DNA of 62,953 nt, filler included, from Chiloscyllium plagiosum (taxonomy: Eukaryota), in NCBI RefSeq assembly GCF_004010195.1. It is 4 parts of one record of this genome, joined end to end, with 100 filler letters (N's around TTAATTAATTAA, not from the genome) between each part and the next. Parts side by side here need not be neighbours in the genome. Positions count along the whole stretch, not along the records: positions 61,683 to 62,953 come from NC_057712.1; 3 more parts are not named here. One strand, given 5' to 3'. A model generated the notes under the pieces. That model worked only from the letters and a program-made list of their open reading frames with translations. It was not told the origin of the DNA and searched no databases. Shown one piece after another: positions 62,477 through 62,953 of the stretch (its first letter is position 1; the number at the start of each line of letters is the position of its first letter). The position numbers were made by a program, and so were the translations under genes.

Positions 62477-62953
62477 TTATAACAGAAGCAGAGTCCTTGC
62501 AAGACCACCCAATTGGTCTCATTCATCTTCTGTTTCCCCGTTGCCCTATTGTGTTTTTTTTATTCTCTTTTCAGTATGTATCATTACTCTTTTTGAATGT
62601 TTTTATTGCACATGAACATACCAATAAGGAACGAGCATTCCCCTCCAAGCCTGCTCTGTCATTCAATAAGATGATGGCTAAATGTAAATTTCAACCCACC
62701 ATTGCAGATTACCACAGCCCATAGTGTACCAGACAATGCTCTTCAGGCTGGGAAAGATCAGGCTCGGGTAACACTGCGAGTGGCTTTTATGCAAGTCCGT
62801 TTTGTCAGGGAGAAAAACCGTTCAGATTCAAGGATATCTGCAGCAACTTATGGGAGAAGTGAGGGGGTTAATGGGAATGGGGATAATGGAGAGAGGATTG
62901 GGGAGTAATGAGGAGGGGTGTAGTGGGGAGGGGGGAAATGAGGAGGGGGTAAT

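Noticed and set aside
54900..62953. TDRD6 or PLA2G7 exons expected downstream from human synteny
   Set aside because: No recognisable exon found in this part of the window.

Overview
Eukaryotic, repeat-rich vertebrate genomic DNA, almost certainly elasmobranch (shark/ray), given the HE1-type V-SINEs and HER1/CR1 LINEs. Two protein-coding genes lie head-to-head. On the minus strand is the 5' end of RCAN2: first coding exon 19141-19365, CpG-rich promoter near 19.9-20.25 kb, with 1-19140 being its large intron. On the plus strand is a complete 9-coding-exon SLC25A27/UCP4 (ATG 25626, TGA ending 54080; 969 nt, 322 aa) with a probable 5'UTR intron and a GC-AG intron 7. CYP39A1, which separates these genes in human, is not visible. 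The rest is mostly decayed CR1-clade LINEs of two lineages, SINEs, solo LTRs, one TA-target MITE and many short Penelope-like termini. Those termini carry minimal hammerhead-ribozyme motifs, with covarying stem II and 6-14 bp target-site duplications (TSDs). There are four assembly gaps, three containing an artificial TTAATTAATTAA spacer. Exon and TSD coordinates were read base by base; LINE boundaries are approximate. Gene and family names come from recognising the sequence, not from database searches.
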